64,000 nt of DNA from Bacteroidota bacterium (GTDB lineage Bacteria > Bacteroidota > Bacteroidia > Cytophagales > Spirosomataceae), in assembly GCA_020161355.1 (NCBI GenBank), contig JAIUOF010000012.1:48522-112521 (forward strand). The letters run 5' to 3'. The notes below the pieces were generated by a model. That model did no database searches. It was given only the letters and a program-made list of their open reading frames with translations, and was not told where the DNA came from. Of the stretch, positions 37,156 through 47,147 are shown one piece after another. Every line of letters starts with the position of its first letter. Positions within the stretch are counted from its first letter, which is position 1. Both the position numbers and the translations under genes were made by a program.

Positions 37156-37935
37156 ATGGAATTTCAGGTAAAAACAATGGCCGAAATGGCAGCGAATGGA
37201 GAAAGCCCCGACGTACTTTTTTGGGTAGGTTGTGCGGGCTCATTTGATGACAGATATAAAAAAGTTACCCGGGCATTTGTGAAAATCCTGAATCACCTGA
37301 ATATAAAATTTGCGGTGTTGGGCACTGAGGAGTCTTGTACAGGAGATCCGGCACGCAGAGCAGGAAACGAGTTTACTTTTCAGATGCTGGCACAGCAGAA
37401 TATTCAGGTATTAAATGGATATGAAATAAAGAAAATTGTTACGGCTTGTCCGCATTGTTTTAATACTTTGAAAAATGAATATCCAGAGCTAGGGGGCAAT
37501 TATGAAGTGTTGCATCATTCAGAATTCCTGCAGGGTTTGGTAAATGAAGGAAAACTTAAAGTGACAGGTGGAGATTTTAAAGGCCGGAAAATCACGTATC
37601 ATGATTCCTGCTATCTGGGTCGTGCCAATGAAATATATGAAGCACCTAGAGACCTGATCAAAGCTTTAGACGCCGAACTGGTAGAAATGAAACGTTGTAA
37701 AACCAACGGCCTTTGTTGTGGTGCCGGTGGAGCTCAAATGTTTAAGGAGCCCGAAAAAGGCAAAAAAGATATTAATGTAGAACGCATTGAGGATGCTCTT
37801 GAAACCGGAAGCAATACCGTTGCGGTAGCCTGCCCATTTTGTATGGTGATGATGTCAGATGGTATTAAAAACAAAGAAAAAGAACACGAAGTGAAAGTAT
37901 TCGATTTGGCTGAGCTTTTAGCGGAAAATTTATAA
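37156..37935 (+). CDS. Cysteine-rich (CCG) domain Fe-S oxidoreductase subunit
   Basis: It has two CCG-type motifs (ACPHCFNTL ... and ACPFCMVMM, plus LCCGAGG). I trimmed the start from the tracked GTG at 37114 to the ATG at 37156. Confidence 0.7.
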   Translation: MEFQVKTMAEMAANGESPDVLFWVGCAGSFDDRYKKVTRAFVKILNHLNIKFAVLGTEESCTGDPARRAGNEFTFQMLAQQNIQVLNGYEIKKIVTACPHCFNTLKNEYPELGGNYEVLHHSEFLQGLVNEGKLKVTGGDFKGRKITYHDSCYLGRANEIYEAPRDLIKALDAELVEMKRCKTNGLCCGAGGAQMFKEPEKGKKDINVERIEDALETGSNTVAVACPFCMVMMSDGIKNKEKEHEVKVFDLAELLAENL

Positions 37936-38008
37936 ATTTATGATTTTTTATAATTTATCCCCAAAATCTGGTAAATTCATATTCAGATATATCAACCTTA
38001 TACTGAAT

Positions 38009-39298
38009 ATGAAAAACCTTAGCTCTCGCAGAGAATTTCTTCGGAAAACAACACTGGCCACCCTTGGAATGGCGGCATTTCCATCTTTAGCACGAAAAGT
38101 AGCACCAAGCGACAAAGTCAGGGTGGCACACATTGGTCTCGGTGGAATGGGCAACGCCCACCTCAACTGGTTTGCTGCTCTTCCCGAAGTCGATGTAGTG
38201 GGTATATGTGATGTGGACAGTATTCACCTTTCAGATACCGCCCAGAAATATGCCGGAAAATATCCCGACCGCAAACTTGAGCTGTTTGATGATTTCCGAA
38301 GGGTACTTGATCGTAAAGATATTGATGCCATTACTGTAGCTACGCCTGACCACTGGCATGCCCAGTTGGCTATATTGGCATTTGAGGCCGGTAAAGATGT
38401 ATATGGCGAAAAACCGCTTTCATACAGTGCAAGGGAAGGTCAGTTGATGCTGGCAGCACAACAAAAACACAACAGAATATTCCAGTTAGGAACACAAATT
38501 CATGCCGGCGAAAATTATCATCGGGTACAGGAAATTATTCAGTCAGGGGTTTTAGGAAAAATTAAAACCGTCAGACTATGGAAAACAGGCCTTCCTCCGG
38601 TATTAGGACCTTCAAATTATCAGAAACCACCATCTAATCTCAACTACGACATGTGGCTCGGGCCTGCACCCTATCATGAGTATTCGCCAGAAAGAGTGCA
38701 TTTCACTTACAGATATTTTCTGGATTATTCGGGTGGTGTATTTCAGGATTTTTGGTGCCATATAGCCGATGTGGTCTGGATGTGCCTGAATCCTCAAAAT
38801 TTGAGAAAGGTAACCGCCTATGGAGAGAAGCCGGAAGGTGTGGCTGATGCACCCAAAACTATTAATATAGAATATGAATTTGATGACCTCAAAATATTCT
38901 GGACCTCGACACCCCCAGATGTACCCGGAGCGGCCTCAAGGGGCATTGGGGCATATTTTGAAGGAGAAAAAGGCACTTTGATTTGCGATTATGGCAGCAA
39001 AGAAATAACTATTAATGGCATCACGATGCTCGATGTGACCGACGTGCCGGTGTCAATTATAAGATCTCCGGGGCACCAGCAAAACTTTGTGGACTCTGTT
39101 AAGAGCCGGAAACAACCAGAAAGTAACCTGGAATATGCACGTAAAATGACATTACCGATGCATCTTGGCTTAATCTCTTACAGACTTGGGAAGTCCCTGA
39201 AATGGAATCCTGAAACTGAGCGATTTATTAAAAATAAAAAAGCTAATAAGCTGTTGTGGAGGCCTTACCGTGAGGCATGGAATCTCATAAATGCTTGA
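38009..39298 (+). CDS. Gfo/Idh/MocA-family oxidoreductase with twin-arginine signal
   Basis: A TAT signal (SRREFLRKTTLATLGMAAFPSLA) is followed by a Rossmann motif (RVAHIGLGGMGNAH) and EKP (GEKPLS). I trimmed the start to the ATG at 38009. Confidence 0.8.
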   Translation: MKNLSSRREFLRKTTLATLGMAAFPSLARKVAPSDKVRVAHIGLGGMGNAHLNWFAALPEVDVVGICDVDSIHLSDTAQKYAGKYPDRKLELFDDFRRVLDRKDIDAITVATPDHWHAQLAILAFEAGKDVYGEKPLSYSAREGQLMLAAQQKHNRIFQLGTQIHAGENYHRVQEIIQSGVLGKIKTVRLWKTGLPPVLGPSNYQKPPSNLNYDMWLGPAPYHEYSPERVHFTYRYFLDYSGGVFQDFWCHIADVVWMCLNPQNLRKVTAYGEKPEGVADAPKTINIEYEFDDLKIFWTSTPPDVPGAASRGIGAYFEGEKGTLICDYGSKEITINGITMLDVTDVPVSIIRSPGHQQNFVDSVKSRKQPESNLEYARKMTLPMHLGLISYRLGKSLKWNPETERFIKNKKANKLLWRPYREAWNLINA

Positions 39299-39459
39299 TT
39301 TTTTGAAAATAAAAAAATCAGGACACAAAAAATATACAGTTTTTTATAAAAAACATCAAAAAACCGTGTCTGGGTCACAATTTTGATTTTTATTAGAATG
39401 AAATTAAAAATTCGATTATTAAGGACATATAATTTTGTGTCTCTTTAAATAAACAAGAA

Positions 39460-41421
39460 ATGACTGCTATAGGCGAAGGCCACCACAAGAAAATTACAGC
39501 CGCAACACTTTTGGTGGCATTAGGAATAATATATGGCGACATAGGTACCAGTCCTCTTTACGTTTTAAAAGCCATTATTGAGCATAGACAAATATCCGAA
39601 GAATTGGTCTATGGTGGTATATCTTTAGTATTCTGGACACTGGTTTTTCAAACATCTATAAAATATATCTGGTTAACTTTACAAGCTGATAACCAGGGTG
39701 AAGGGGGAATTTTTTCACTTTATGCTTTGGTAAAAAGATATGGCAAAGGTTTAGTAATTCCTACAATTTTAGGTGCAACTACATTGCTCGCCGACGGCAT
39801 CATTACACCTCCTATTTCGATATCTTCTGCTGTGGAGGGTCTCAGAATGGTTCCCTTTCTCGACCACCTTCCTACGGTGCCTATTGTGATTATTATCCTA
39901 TCTGTTTTGTTCTTTTTCCAAAGATTTGGCACCGAGAAAGTTGGTAAGTTTTTTGGGCCGGCTATGGTAATATGGTTTCTGATGTTATTGATTCTTGGCA
40001 TTAACCAAATCATACTCCATCCCAATATTTTTAAAGCACTCAGTCCTGTATATGGATACCACCTTTTAACTCATTATCATCATGGATTTTGGATTTTAGG
40101 AGCTGTATTTCTTTGTACTACCGGAGCCGAAGCACTTTACAGCGATTTAGGCCATTGCGGAATTGGAAATATCCGTATCACCTGGTTTTTTGTAAAGACC
40201 TGTCTGGTAATCAATTACCTGGGTCAGGCGGCATGGTTAATGAACCAAAGCGATTTGCTTCTTCATGGTCGCAATCCATTTTTTGAAGTAATGCCACATT
40301 GGTTTTTATTACCTGGTATTTTTATAGCAACTATGGCAGCAATCATAGCCTCACAAGCTTTGATTACCGGTAGTTTTACCCTAATCAACGAAGCCATGAA
40401 CTTAAACTTCTGGCCAAGAGTAGGAGTAAGGCAACCCTCTGAAAGTAAAGGTCAGATTTTTATTCCAAGTGTAAATACCATGCTTTGGATAGGTTGTATC
40501 ATGATTGTTTTGTATTTCAAAAATTCAGCTCATATGGAGGCAGCTTATGGCTTGGCTATTACACTTACTATGTTAGTCACTACATTTTTACTATCCTTTT
40601 TTCTTTTTTATAAACTCAAGTGGAACAAGGTTATAGTAGCGGCTTTTGTAACCGTGTTTTTGTCAATAGAAATCACATTCTTTATTGCAAATATTAAGAA
40701 ATTCCCCGATGGTGGATTTATAACCCTGATTATTTCAGGAATTTACTTCTTTATAATGTTTTCAGTCTTTTCGGGAAGGAAAATAAGCAACAGGTTTACC
40801 AAGTTTGTGGATATTAAGAAATATGAGGATATACTTTCGGAGCTAAGTGAAGACGACAGCATTCCTAAGTTTTCTACCCACCTTATTTACATGACCAAGG
40901 CCAATTCTCATCATCAGATTGAAGAGAAAATCATGAAATCAATTTTGGCCAAAAAACCCAAAAGAGCCGACGTTTACTGGTTTTTACATATCAACCGAAC
41001 CAATCAACCCTATACACTTGATTATGAAGTATTTGAATTATTGAATGACAAGATTTTTAAAATCAATATTAACATTGGTTTTAGGGTAATTCCGAAAACA
41101 GAGGTTTATTTTAAGAAGATTATTCAGAAATTGGTTGAAAATAAGGAGCTTAATCTGCATATCAGGCCCGATGGTAGTACCAAATACAACCCTGAGCCAG
41201 ACTTTAAATTTGTGGTAATTGAAAGATTCTTATCAGTAGAAAATGAATTTACATTAAAAGATGGGGTAATTCTAAATACATTTTTCTTCCTGAAACGAAT
41301 AAGTTTGAGCGACGCTAAGTTTTTCGGACTGGAAAAAAGTGACGTTGAGGTTGAGAATATTCCTTTGGTTTATCAGCCCATTGCTGTTCCAGAGTTAAAT
41401 AGGATCAATCAACGAGATTAA
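39460..41421 (+). CDS. kup: KUP/HAK/KT potassium uptake protein
   Basis: 653 aa. It has the signature GIIYGDIGTSPLYV and GGIFSLYAL, 12 TM helices and a cytoplasmic C-domain. Confidence 0.9.
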   Translation: MTAIGEGHHKKITAATLLVALGIIYGDIGTSPLYVLKAIIEHRQISEELVYGGISLVFWTLVFQTSIKYIWLTLQADNQGEGGIFSLYALVKRYGKGLVIPTILGATTLLADGIITPPISISSAVEGLRMVPFLDHLPTVPIVIIILSVLFFFQRFGTEKVGKFFGPAMVIWFLMLLILGINQIILHPNIFKALSPVYGYHLLTHYHHGFWILGAVFLCTTGAEALYSDLGHCGIGNIRITWFFVKTCLVINYLGQAAWLMNQSDLLLHGRNPFFEVMPHWFLLPGIFIATMAAIIASQALITGSFTLINEAMNLNFWPRVGVRQPSESKGQIFIPSVNTMLWIGCIMIVLYFKNSAHMEAAYGLAITLTMLVTTFLLSFFLFYKLKWNKVIVAAFVTVFLSIEITFFIANIKKFPDGGFITLIISGIYFFIMFSVFSGRKISNRFTKFVDIKKYEDILSELSEDDSIPKFSTHLIYMTKANSHHQIEEKIMKSILAKKPKRADVYWFLHINRTNQPYTLDYEVFELLNDKIFKININIGFRVIPKTEVYFKKIIQKLVENKELNLHIRPDGSTKYNPEPDFKFVVIERFLSVENEFTLKDGVILNTFFFLKRISLSDAKFFGLEKSDVEVENIPLVYQPIAVPELNRINQRD

Positions 41422-41534
41422 TAAAACCGCTATTTTAAAATTCAGATAAAAAAGAAATTAGAATCGGTAATGGCCTATTGCTGATAATAATAAAAAATGC
41501 TTTCATTTGTAGCTCTTTACCAGGAACCCAACGA

Positions 41535-42488
41535 ATGAAATCATTTTTAAAGCGAATATTTATACGTAAACCGGTTTTAGATTCCGAAGTTGTTTCAGAT
41601 TTTCGAAGAGCAAAGGAAAATCGTGAAGTATTAATTACCGCCAAACACGCACTGAAGGATTTCTTTTTAATTACAATCGGAATTTTTTCTGCTTCCTTCG
41701 GCTTTAAAGGTTTTCTTCTTACCAATCATTTTATCGATGGTGGTGCTACGGGTATTTCCTTATTGATTTCTGCTTTGAGTGGAATACCCCTGTATATTTT
41801 GGTAATAGGGGTCAATATTCCATTTGTGATTTTGGGATATAATGTGATGGGCAGGGTCTTCGCCATAAAAACATCACTTGCTATAGCAGGTTTGTCATTG
41901 GTATTGGCAACTGTAAGCTTTCCCAACGTTACTGACGACAATCTTCTGGTGGCTATTTTTGGAGGCTTTTTTCTTGGAGCAGGGATTGGTTTTGCAGTCA
42001 GGGGCGGAGCCGTGATTGATGGAACAGAGGTACTCGCCATATTTTTAAGTAAAAAACTAGGGACCACCATTGGAGATATCATTATCATCATCAATATTTT
42101 AATTTTTTCGGCAGCAGCTTATTTCCTGGGAGTTGATATAGCCATGTATTCGATGATTACCTATCTGGCTGCCTCCAAAACGCTCGACTTTTTTGTGGAG
42201 GGAATAGAAGAATATATAGGCGTAACGATAGTATCGGGGCATTGCGAGGCTATAAGAGATATGATTATCAACAAAATGGGTAGGGGAGTGACCGTATATA
42301 GTGGCAAGGGAGGTTATGGAAAACACGGACCTACCAAAGAAATTGATATCATATTCACGGTCATAACCCGCCTTGAAATCAACAAACTTAATACGGAACT
42401 TGAAAAAATAGAACCCGATGCATTTGTAGTAATGCACAGCGTAAAAGATACTAAAGGGGGCATAATCAAAAAAAGGCCCCTGCATTGA
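41535..42488 (+). CDS. YitT-family membrane protein with C-terminal DUF2179 domain
   Basis: It has repeated YitT membrane halves (GGATGISLL, GGAVIDGTEVLA) and a C-terminal soluble domain. I trimmed the start from the TTG at 41478 to the ATG at 41535. Confidence 0.8.
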   Translation: MKSFLKRIFIRKPVLDSEVVSDFRRAKENREVLITAKHALKDFFLITIGIFSASFGFKGFLLTNHFIDGGATGISLLISALSGIPLYILVIGVNIPFVILGYNVMGRVFAIKTSLAIAGLSLVLATVSFPNVTDDNLLVAIFGGFFLGAGIGFAVRGGAVIDGTEVLAIFLSKKLGTTIGDIIIIINILIFSAAAYFLGVDIAMYSMITYLAASKTLDFFVEGIEEYIGVTIVSGHCEAIRDMIINKMGRGVTVYSGKGGYGKHGPTKEIDIIFTVITRLEINKLNTELEKIEPDAFVVMHSVKDTKGGIIKKRPLH

Positions 42489-42770
42489 TTTTATTTTATG
42501 CAATTCCTTTATAAACAAGAAATTATTATATTTTTTGGACAATTTTCGAATTTTATTTTTTGCAAATATTTTAATAATTAATAAATGTAATGGCCTTACT
42601 AATAGGGGCTTAAAGTATTGGTTTATTGTATCACCTTGATAATTGTCATATTTTGCTATGATAAGGGAGCAATTTTAATCCATTAAAAGATGCAATTTTT
42701 AAAAATATTTTAACAAAATTTGGAGGGAAAAATTAAAACCCTGGCCTGATTAATAATTTAAACTTACTAT

Positions 42771-44051
42771 ATGGAAACACTTATTATTCTGATTTTTATC
42801 GCTGGCTATGTGGCCATTGTGCTTGAGCACAAACTTTCTGTCAACAAATCCGCTTCAGCACTATTGACAGGGGTTTTAACCTGGGCTCTTATCGCACTAA
42901 GTTCAACCAATATGGAGAAAACCAATGAAGAGTTGCTGCACCATGTGAGTGACATTGCAAGTATCTTGTTTTTCCTGATGGGGGCAATGACAATCGTTGA
43001 AGTCGTAGCAACTTACGGAGGATTTGAAATCATAACGGACAAAATTCATACGAGAAAAACCTCTACCTTGCTGTGGATTATTGCAATTATAGCATTTTTC
43101 ATGTCAGCAGTATTAGACAATTTAACAACTACGATTGTTATCATTGCTCTTTTGAGAAAATTAATTGCCGATTCCAAAACCAGACTTTTATTTGCTGGTA
43201 TTGTAGTAATTGCAGCTAATGCCGGTGGTGCCTGGACGCCAATCGGTGACGTAACCACTACCATGCTTTGGATTGGTGGTCAAATCACTACCGGAAACAT
43301 CATGAAACAATTATTCTTACCTTCAATTGTTAGTTTATTGGTGCCATTAGCGATTTCTGCTATGACATTAAAAGGAGAATTACCTCCAGTTGCTACTGAT
43401 AAGAATTCTCATGACTCTGCAAGTGCCCATTTTGGAAAAGTAATTATTTTCTGGGCAGGTATGTTGGGACTACTTTCTGTACCTGTATTTAAGACACTCA
43501 CGCATTTACCTCCTTTCATGGGTATGATGCTCTCATTGGGTGTTATATGGGTCATTGGCGAAATGCTAATTAAAAATAAAGATGAACATACTCAGAAAAG
43601 GTTCAATATTTTGAGAGCTCTCGAAAAGGTGGATTTGCCAAGTGTATTGTTTTTCCTTGGGATTTTACTTGCAGTTTCTGCTTTGGAAAACATCGGAGCT
43701 TTGCATCATGCAGCTGCCTGGCTTGATACACATGTTTCAAACCAAACCATAGTAGTGACTATAATCGGTATTCTCTCATCAATCGTTGATAACGTACCTT
43801 TGGTAGCGGCATCTATGGGTATGTATAGTTTGGAGCAATATCCTGCTGATCATCAATTTTGGGAGCTTCTGGCCTTCTGTGCAGGTACGGGTGGTAGTAT
43901 TTTGATCATCGGTTCTGCTGCAGGTGTTGCTGCTATGGGTCTTGAGAAAATTGAGTTTTTCTGGTATATGAAAAAAATCAGTTTATACGCTTTAATAGGT
44001 TATTTTGCCGGAATTGGCGTGTTTTTACTCCAAAAAATGATTTTTGCTTAA
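42771..44051 (+). CDS. nhaD: NhaD-type Na+/H+ antiporter (ArsB/NhaD permease superfamily)
   Basis: 426 aa and polytopic. Motifs typical of NhaD are present: SAVLDNLTTT and SSIVDNVPLVAA. Confidence 0.8.
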   Translation: METLIILIFIAGYVAIVLEHKLSVNKSASALLTGVLTWALIALSSTNMEKTNEELLHHVSDIASILFFLMGAMTIVEVVATYGGFEIITDKIHTRKTSTLLWIIAIIAFFMSAVLDNLTTTIVIIALLRKLIADSKTRLLFAGIVVIAANAGGAWTPIGDVTTTMLWIGGQITTGNIMKQLFLPSIVSLLVPLAISAMTLKGELPPVATDKNSHDSASAHFGKVIIFWAGMLGLLSVPVFKTLTHLPPFMGMMLSLGVIWVIGEMLIKNKDEHTQKRFNILRALEKVDLPSVLFFLGILLAVSALENIGALHHAAAWLDTHVSNQTIVVTIIGILSSIVDNVPLVAASMGMYSLEQYPADHQFWELLAFCAGTGGSILIIGSAAGVAAMGLEKIEFFWYMKKISLYALIGYFAGIGVFLLQKMIFA

Positions 44052-44068
44052 TTTTTTCTGATAATATT

Positions 44069-44109
44069 AACCCTCGGTCTGTTTTAGATCGGGGGTTTTT
44101 GTTTTTTTT
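44069..44109 (+). terminator. Rho-independent terminator after nhaD
   Basis: The stem is AACCCTCGGTCT / AGATCGGGGGTT with two G:U pairs, followed by TTTGTTTTTTTT. Confidence 0.55.
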
Positions 44110-44170
44110 AAGTTTGATTTAGTTAATTTGTGCGGTTATATATTTTATTCAACCTGATATTTATTATAAT

Positions 44171-44929
44171 ATGAAAATCAAAGTATCTGTTCTTTTTCTC
44201 CTGTTATTTGTTTCGATAGGAGGTTTTGCTCAAAAACAATTTAAAGTTTTTCTTTTTTCTCGAACAGCAGGGTGGCATCATGAGTCTATTCATGAAGGAG
44301 TTGAAGCCATCAGAAAATTGGGTGAGCGTCATTTTTTTGATGTGGACTGGCAGGAAAATCCCGCGTTTGTTACCGAGAAAAATCTGGAGCAATATAAAGT
44401 GATAATATTTCTCAATACTACCGGCGACATACTCAATGCCGAGCAACAAAAAGCCGTTGAAAAATTTATACAATCAGGGAAAGGATTTGTAGGTATTCAT
44501 AGTGCCTCTGATACAGAATATGATTGGGAATGGTACACCAAAATGATAGGCATGATGTTTAAAATTCACCCGGCCAATCAGACAGCATACTTAAATGTAG
44601 TAGATTCCAATTTCCCGGGGATGGAGCGTTTCCCTAAGAAGTTTTTATGGACTGATGAATGGTATGAGTTCAAAAACCAGCTTTCACCAGACCTGAAATT
44701 TTTGGTTGCAGTGGATGAGAAGTCCTACAATCCGGTGGTAAAATGGGGGCCAAATGAAGGTAAAGGAATGGGCGTAATGCACCCCATCAGCTGGTATCAC
44801 CCGTACGATGGAGGCAGAGCTTTTTATACAGCCCTGGGTCATATTCCGGCGACATTTTCTGACCAAACTTTCCTTGATCACATCTATGGAGGTATTTATT
44901 GGGCCGCCACAGGCAAAGGAATCAATTAA
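44171..44929 (+). CDS. ThuA-domain protein (secreted)
   Basis: 252 aa with a signal peptide. It shows the ThuA-like pattern (GWHHESI ... GFVGIHSASDT ... HPISWYH). Confidence 0.75.
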   Translation: MKIKVSVLFLLLFVSIGGFAQKQFKVFLFSRTAGWHHESIHEGVEAIRKLGERHFFDVDWQENPAFVTEKNLEQYKVIIFLNTTGDILNAEQQKAVEKFIQSGKGFVGIHSASDTEYDWEWYTKMIGMMFKIHPANQTAYLNVVDSNFPGMERFPKKFLWTDEWYEFKNQLSPDLKFLVAVDEKSYNPVVKWGPNEGKGMGVMHPISWYHPYDGGRAFYTALGHIPATFSDQTFLDHIYGGIYWAATGKGIN

Positions 44930-44993
44930 TTCTTTTATTTCTAAGATTTAAAGTGCATTTTTGAAGTTTTTAAACAAAACACCATATACCCTA

Positions 44994-46466
44994 ATGTCAA
45001 TTTGGAGAAAGAAAACCATCAGACAGCTGATGTCAGAAGCTGAGGATAGTGAAAAAAGTTTGAAAAGGACGCTGACTGCCTGGTCACTTATCGCTCTCGG
45101 AGTTGGGGCAATTATCGGAGCAGGCCTTTTTGTTAGGACCGCCGCCGCCGCCGCAAACAGTGCCGGACCTTCGGTAACAATAGGTTTTATAGTTGCAGCT
45201 GTGGGGTGTGCTTTTGCAGGTTTAAGTTATGCTGAGCTTTCTTCGACTATTCCGGTGTCTGGTAGTGCTTATACTTATACCTACGCTACTATGGGCGAGC
45301 TTTTGGCCTGGATTATTGGCTGGGATTTGATGCTTGAATATGCTGTAGGTGCAGCTACCGTAGGTATTGCCTGGAGCGAATATCTTAATAACCTACTGGT
45401 CGAGGTGCTGCATGTCAGCCCCATACCCTATCAGCTATCACATTCACCGTTTCAGACTTCTCCCGATGGGATACAGGGTATAATTAACATTCCGGCATTG
45501 ACGATAGTTACTCTGATAAGCTTATTGTTGATCAAGGGGATACAGGAGTCTGCCTTTGTTAATGGGATCATTGTAATACTGAAAGTTGCAATAGTTCTGA
45601 TGATTATCGTTTTCGGATGGCAATTTATCAATCCAATCAATCATGAAGTATATATTCCTGAAGCCACAAAATATATTGATGACCAGGGTATAAGTCATCA
45701 TTTTGGGGGTTGGCAAGGTATATTAGGTGCTGCGGGTACGGTATTCTTCGCGTTTATAGGTTTTGATGCCGTGAGCACGGCAGCTCAGGAAACCATAAAC
45801 CCCAAAAAGGATTTGCCTTTCGGTATTTTGGGGAGTTTGGCAGTAACTACAGTGCTTTACATACTATTTGCACATGTTTTAACCGGAGTCGCAACTGTGG
45901 AAGACTTCCGTACAGGTGGAAAAGAAGCCTCTGTGGCTTTTGCAATCAATAAATATATGACCGGGTTTTCCTGGTTAGGTGATTTTGTGACAGTTGCTAT
46001 TCTTGCCGGATTTTCTTCCGTAATCCTGGTTATGCTTTTAGGGCAATCACGTGTGTTTTATTCAATGGGTAAAGATGGTCTGTTGCCAAAAGTTTTCAGT
46101 GAGTTGCATCCAAAATACCGTACGCCTTACAAAGCCAACCTTATCATTTTGGTTTTAGTGGGGCTCTTTGCTGCATTTATTCCCGGTGATATTGTAGGTG
46201 ATATGACCAGTATCGGAACCCTGTTTGCATTCATTTTAGTATCGGCATCGGTAATTGTATTGAGAAAGACGGAGCCCAACCTGGTAAGGAAATTTAAATC
46301 TCCAATGGTACCACTCGTACCTATTCTGGGAATTCTGGTTTGTTTGGCCATGATATATGGGCTGGGCTGGACCAACTGGCTAAGGTTGATTGTCTGGATG
46401 ATTTTGGGTATAATAATCTATTTTTCTTATTCCCGAAAACATAGTAATTTGAATAAGGAAAATTAA
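44994..46466 (+). CDS. APC-superfamily amino acid permease (cationic amino acid transporter-like)
   Basis: It has the GVGAIIGAGLFV signature and about 12-13 TM helices. I trimmed the start from the TTG at 44961 to the ATG at 44994 (MSIWRKKTIRQL). Confidence 0.85.
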   Translation: MSIWRKKTIRQLMSEAEDSEKSLKRTLTAWSLIALGVGAIIGAGLFVRTAAAAANSAGPSVTIGFIVAAVGCAFAGLSYAELSSTIPVSGSAYTYTYATMGELLAWIIGWDLMLEYAVGAATVGIAWSEYLNNLLVEVLHVSPIPYQLSHSPFQTSPDGIQGIINIPALTIVTLISLLLIKGIQESAFVNGIIVILKVAIVLMIIVFGWQFINPINHEVYIPEATKYIDDQGISHHFGGWQGILGAAGTVFFAFIGFDAVSTAAQETINPKKDLPFGILGSLAVTTVLYILFAHVLTGVATVEDFRTGGKEASVAFAINKYMTGFSWLGDFVTVAILAGFSSVILVMLLGQSRVFYSMGKDGLLPKVFSELHPKYRTPYKANLIILVLVGLFAAFIPGDIVGDMTSIGTLFAFILVSASVIVLRKTEPNLVRKFKSPMVPLVPILGILVCLAMIYGLGWTNWLRLIVWMILGIIIYFSYSRKHSNLNKEN

Positions 46467-46480
46467 GAAATAATAAACTC

Positions 46481-46508
46481 AGGGACATAGCAATATGTCC
46501 CTTTTTTT
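46481..46508 (+). terminator. Rho-independent terminator after the permease gene, abutting the next start codon
   Basis: The stem is AGGGACATA / TATGTCCCT with a GCAA loop and TTTTTT. The ATG of the next ORF follows directly at 46509. Confidence 0.6.
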
Positions 46509-47147
46509 ATGGAGTTATTGGAAATCAAAGATTTGGATAAAAACCATCAGATTCAATTTGAAGAAATATATCATGAGGCTTTTCCCCCAAACGAACAACA
46601 GCCTTCAGAATTAATTTATAAAAGAATTAAAGAAAATAAAGAAGTTTTTCTTGCCGCTTATATAAAGGAAGAACTCGTGGCTTTTGCATTGTTGTTTGAT
46701 TTACAAAACACTGATTATTTTCTTTTAGATTATCTCGCGGTTAAAAACAATAAAAGAAACGCCGGCTTAGGTGGAAAGCTTATGCAAAAGGTGATTGCGT
46801 ATTCTTTCGGAAAGAATAAAGGCGTTTTGCTTGAAGTTGACCATCCCTATCAACGGGGCAAACGATTACAAAATACCTCCAGGATACAGTTTTATCAGAA
46901 ATATGGGGCGAGAATTGTCGAAAACCTGATCTACAAATTACCTGATTTAGAAAGGAAAAATAATCCGGCTCATCAATTTTTAATGATAATAAGTTTACAA
47001 AATAACATAGATAGTTTGTCAAAAGCTGAGGTAGAGAATCTTCTCAATCAGTTATACGTACAACTTTACCAGGGTGTTTATGATTTCGGGGTTTTAGAAG
47101 AAATGAAAAATGGGCTGCTGGAGACAAATTTCCTATCTAAAATTTAA
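46509..47147 (+). CDS. GNAT-family N-acetyltransferase
   Basis: 212 aa with an acetyl-CoA motif region (RNAGLGGKLMQKVI). Confidence 0.65.
   Translation: MELLEIKDLDKNHQIQFEEIYHEAFPPNEQQPSELIYKRIKENKEVFLAAYIKEELVAFALLFDLQNTDYFLLDYLAVKNNKRNAGLGGKLMQKVIAYSFGKNKGVLLEVDHPYQRGKRLQNTSRIQFYQKYGARIVENLIYKLPDLERKNNPAHQFLMIISLQNNIDSLSKAEVENLLNQLYVQLYQGVYDFGVLEEMKNGLLETNFLSKI

Noticed and set aside
39299-39459. A possible c-di-AMP (ydaO-type) riboswitch upstream of kup, and an ion riboswitch upstream of nhaD (42489-42770)
   Set aside because: I found only short AT-rich imperfect stems. No pseudo-twofold architecture or conserved purine-rich cores are visible. This cannot be excluded without a covariance-model scan, but nothing supports it.
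42099-42542. A 147-aa minus-strand ORF, and the 122-aa ORF at 41726-42094
   Set aside because: Both are antisense to the YitT/DUF2179 gene and have no supporting motif.
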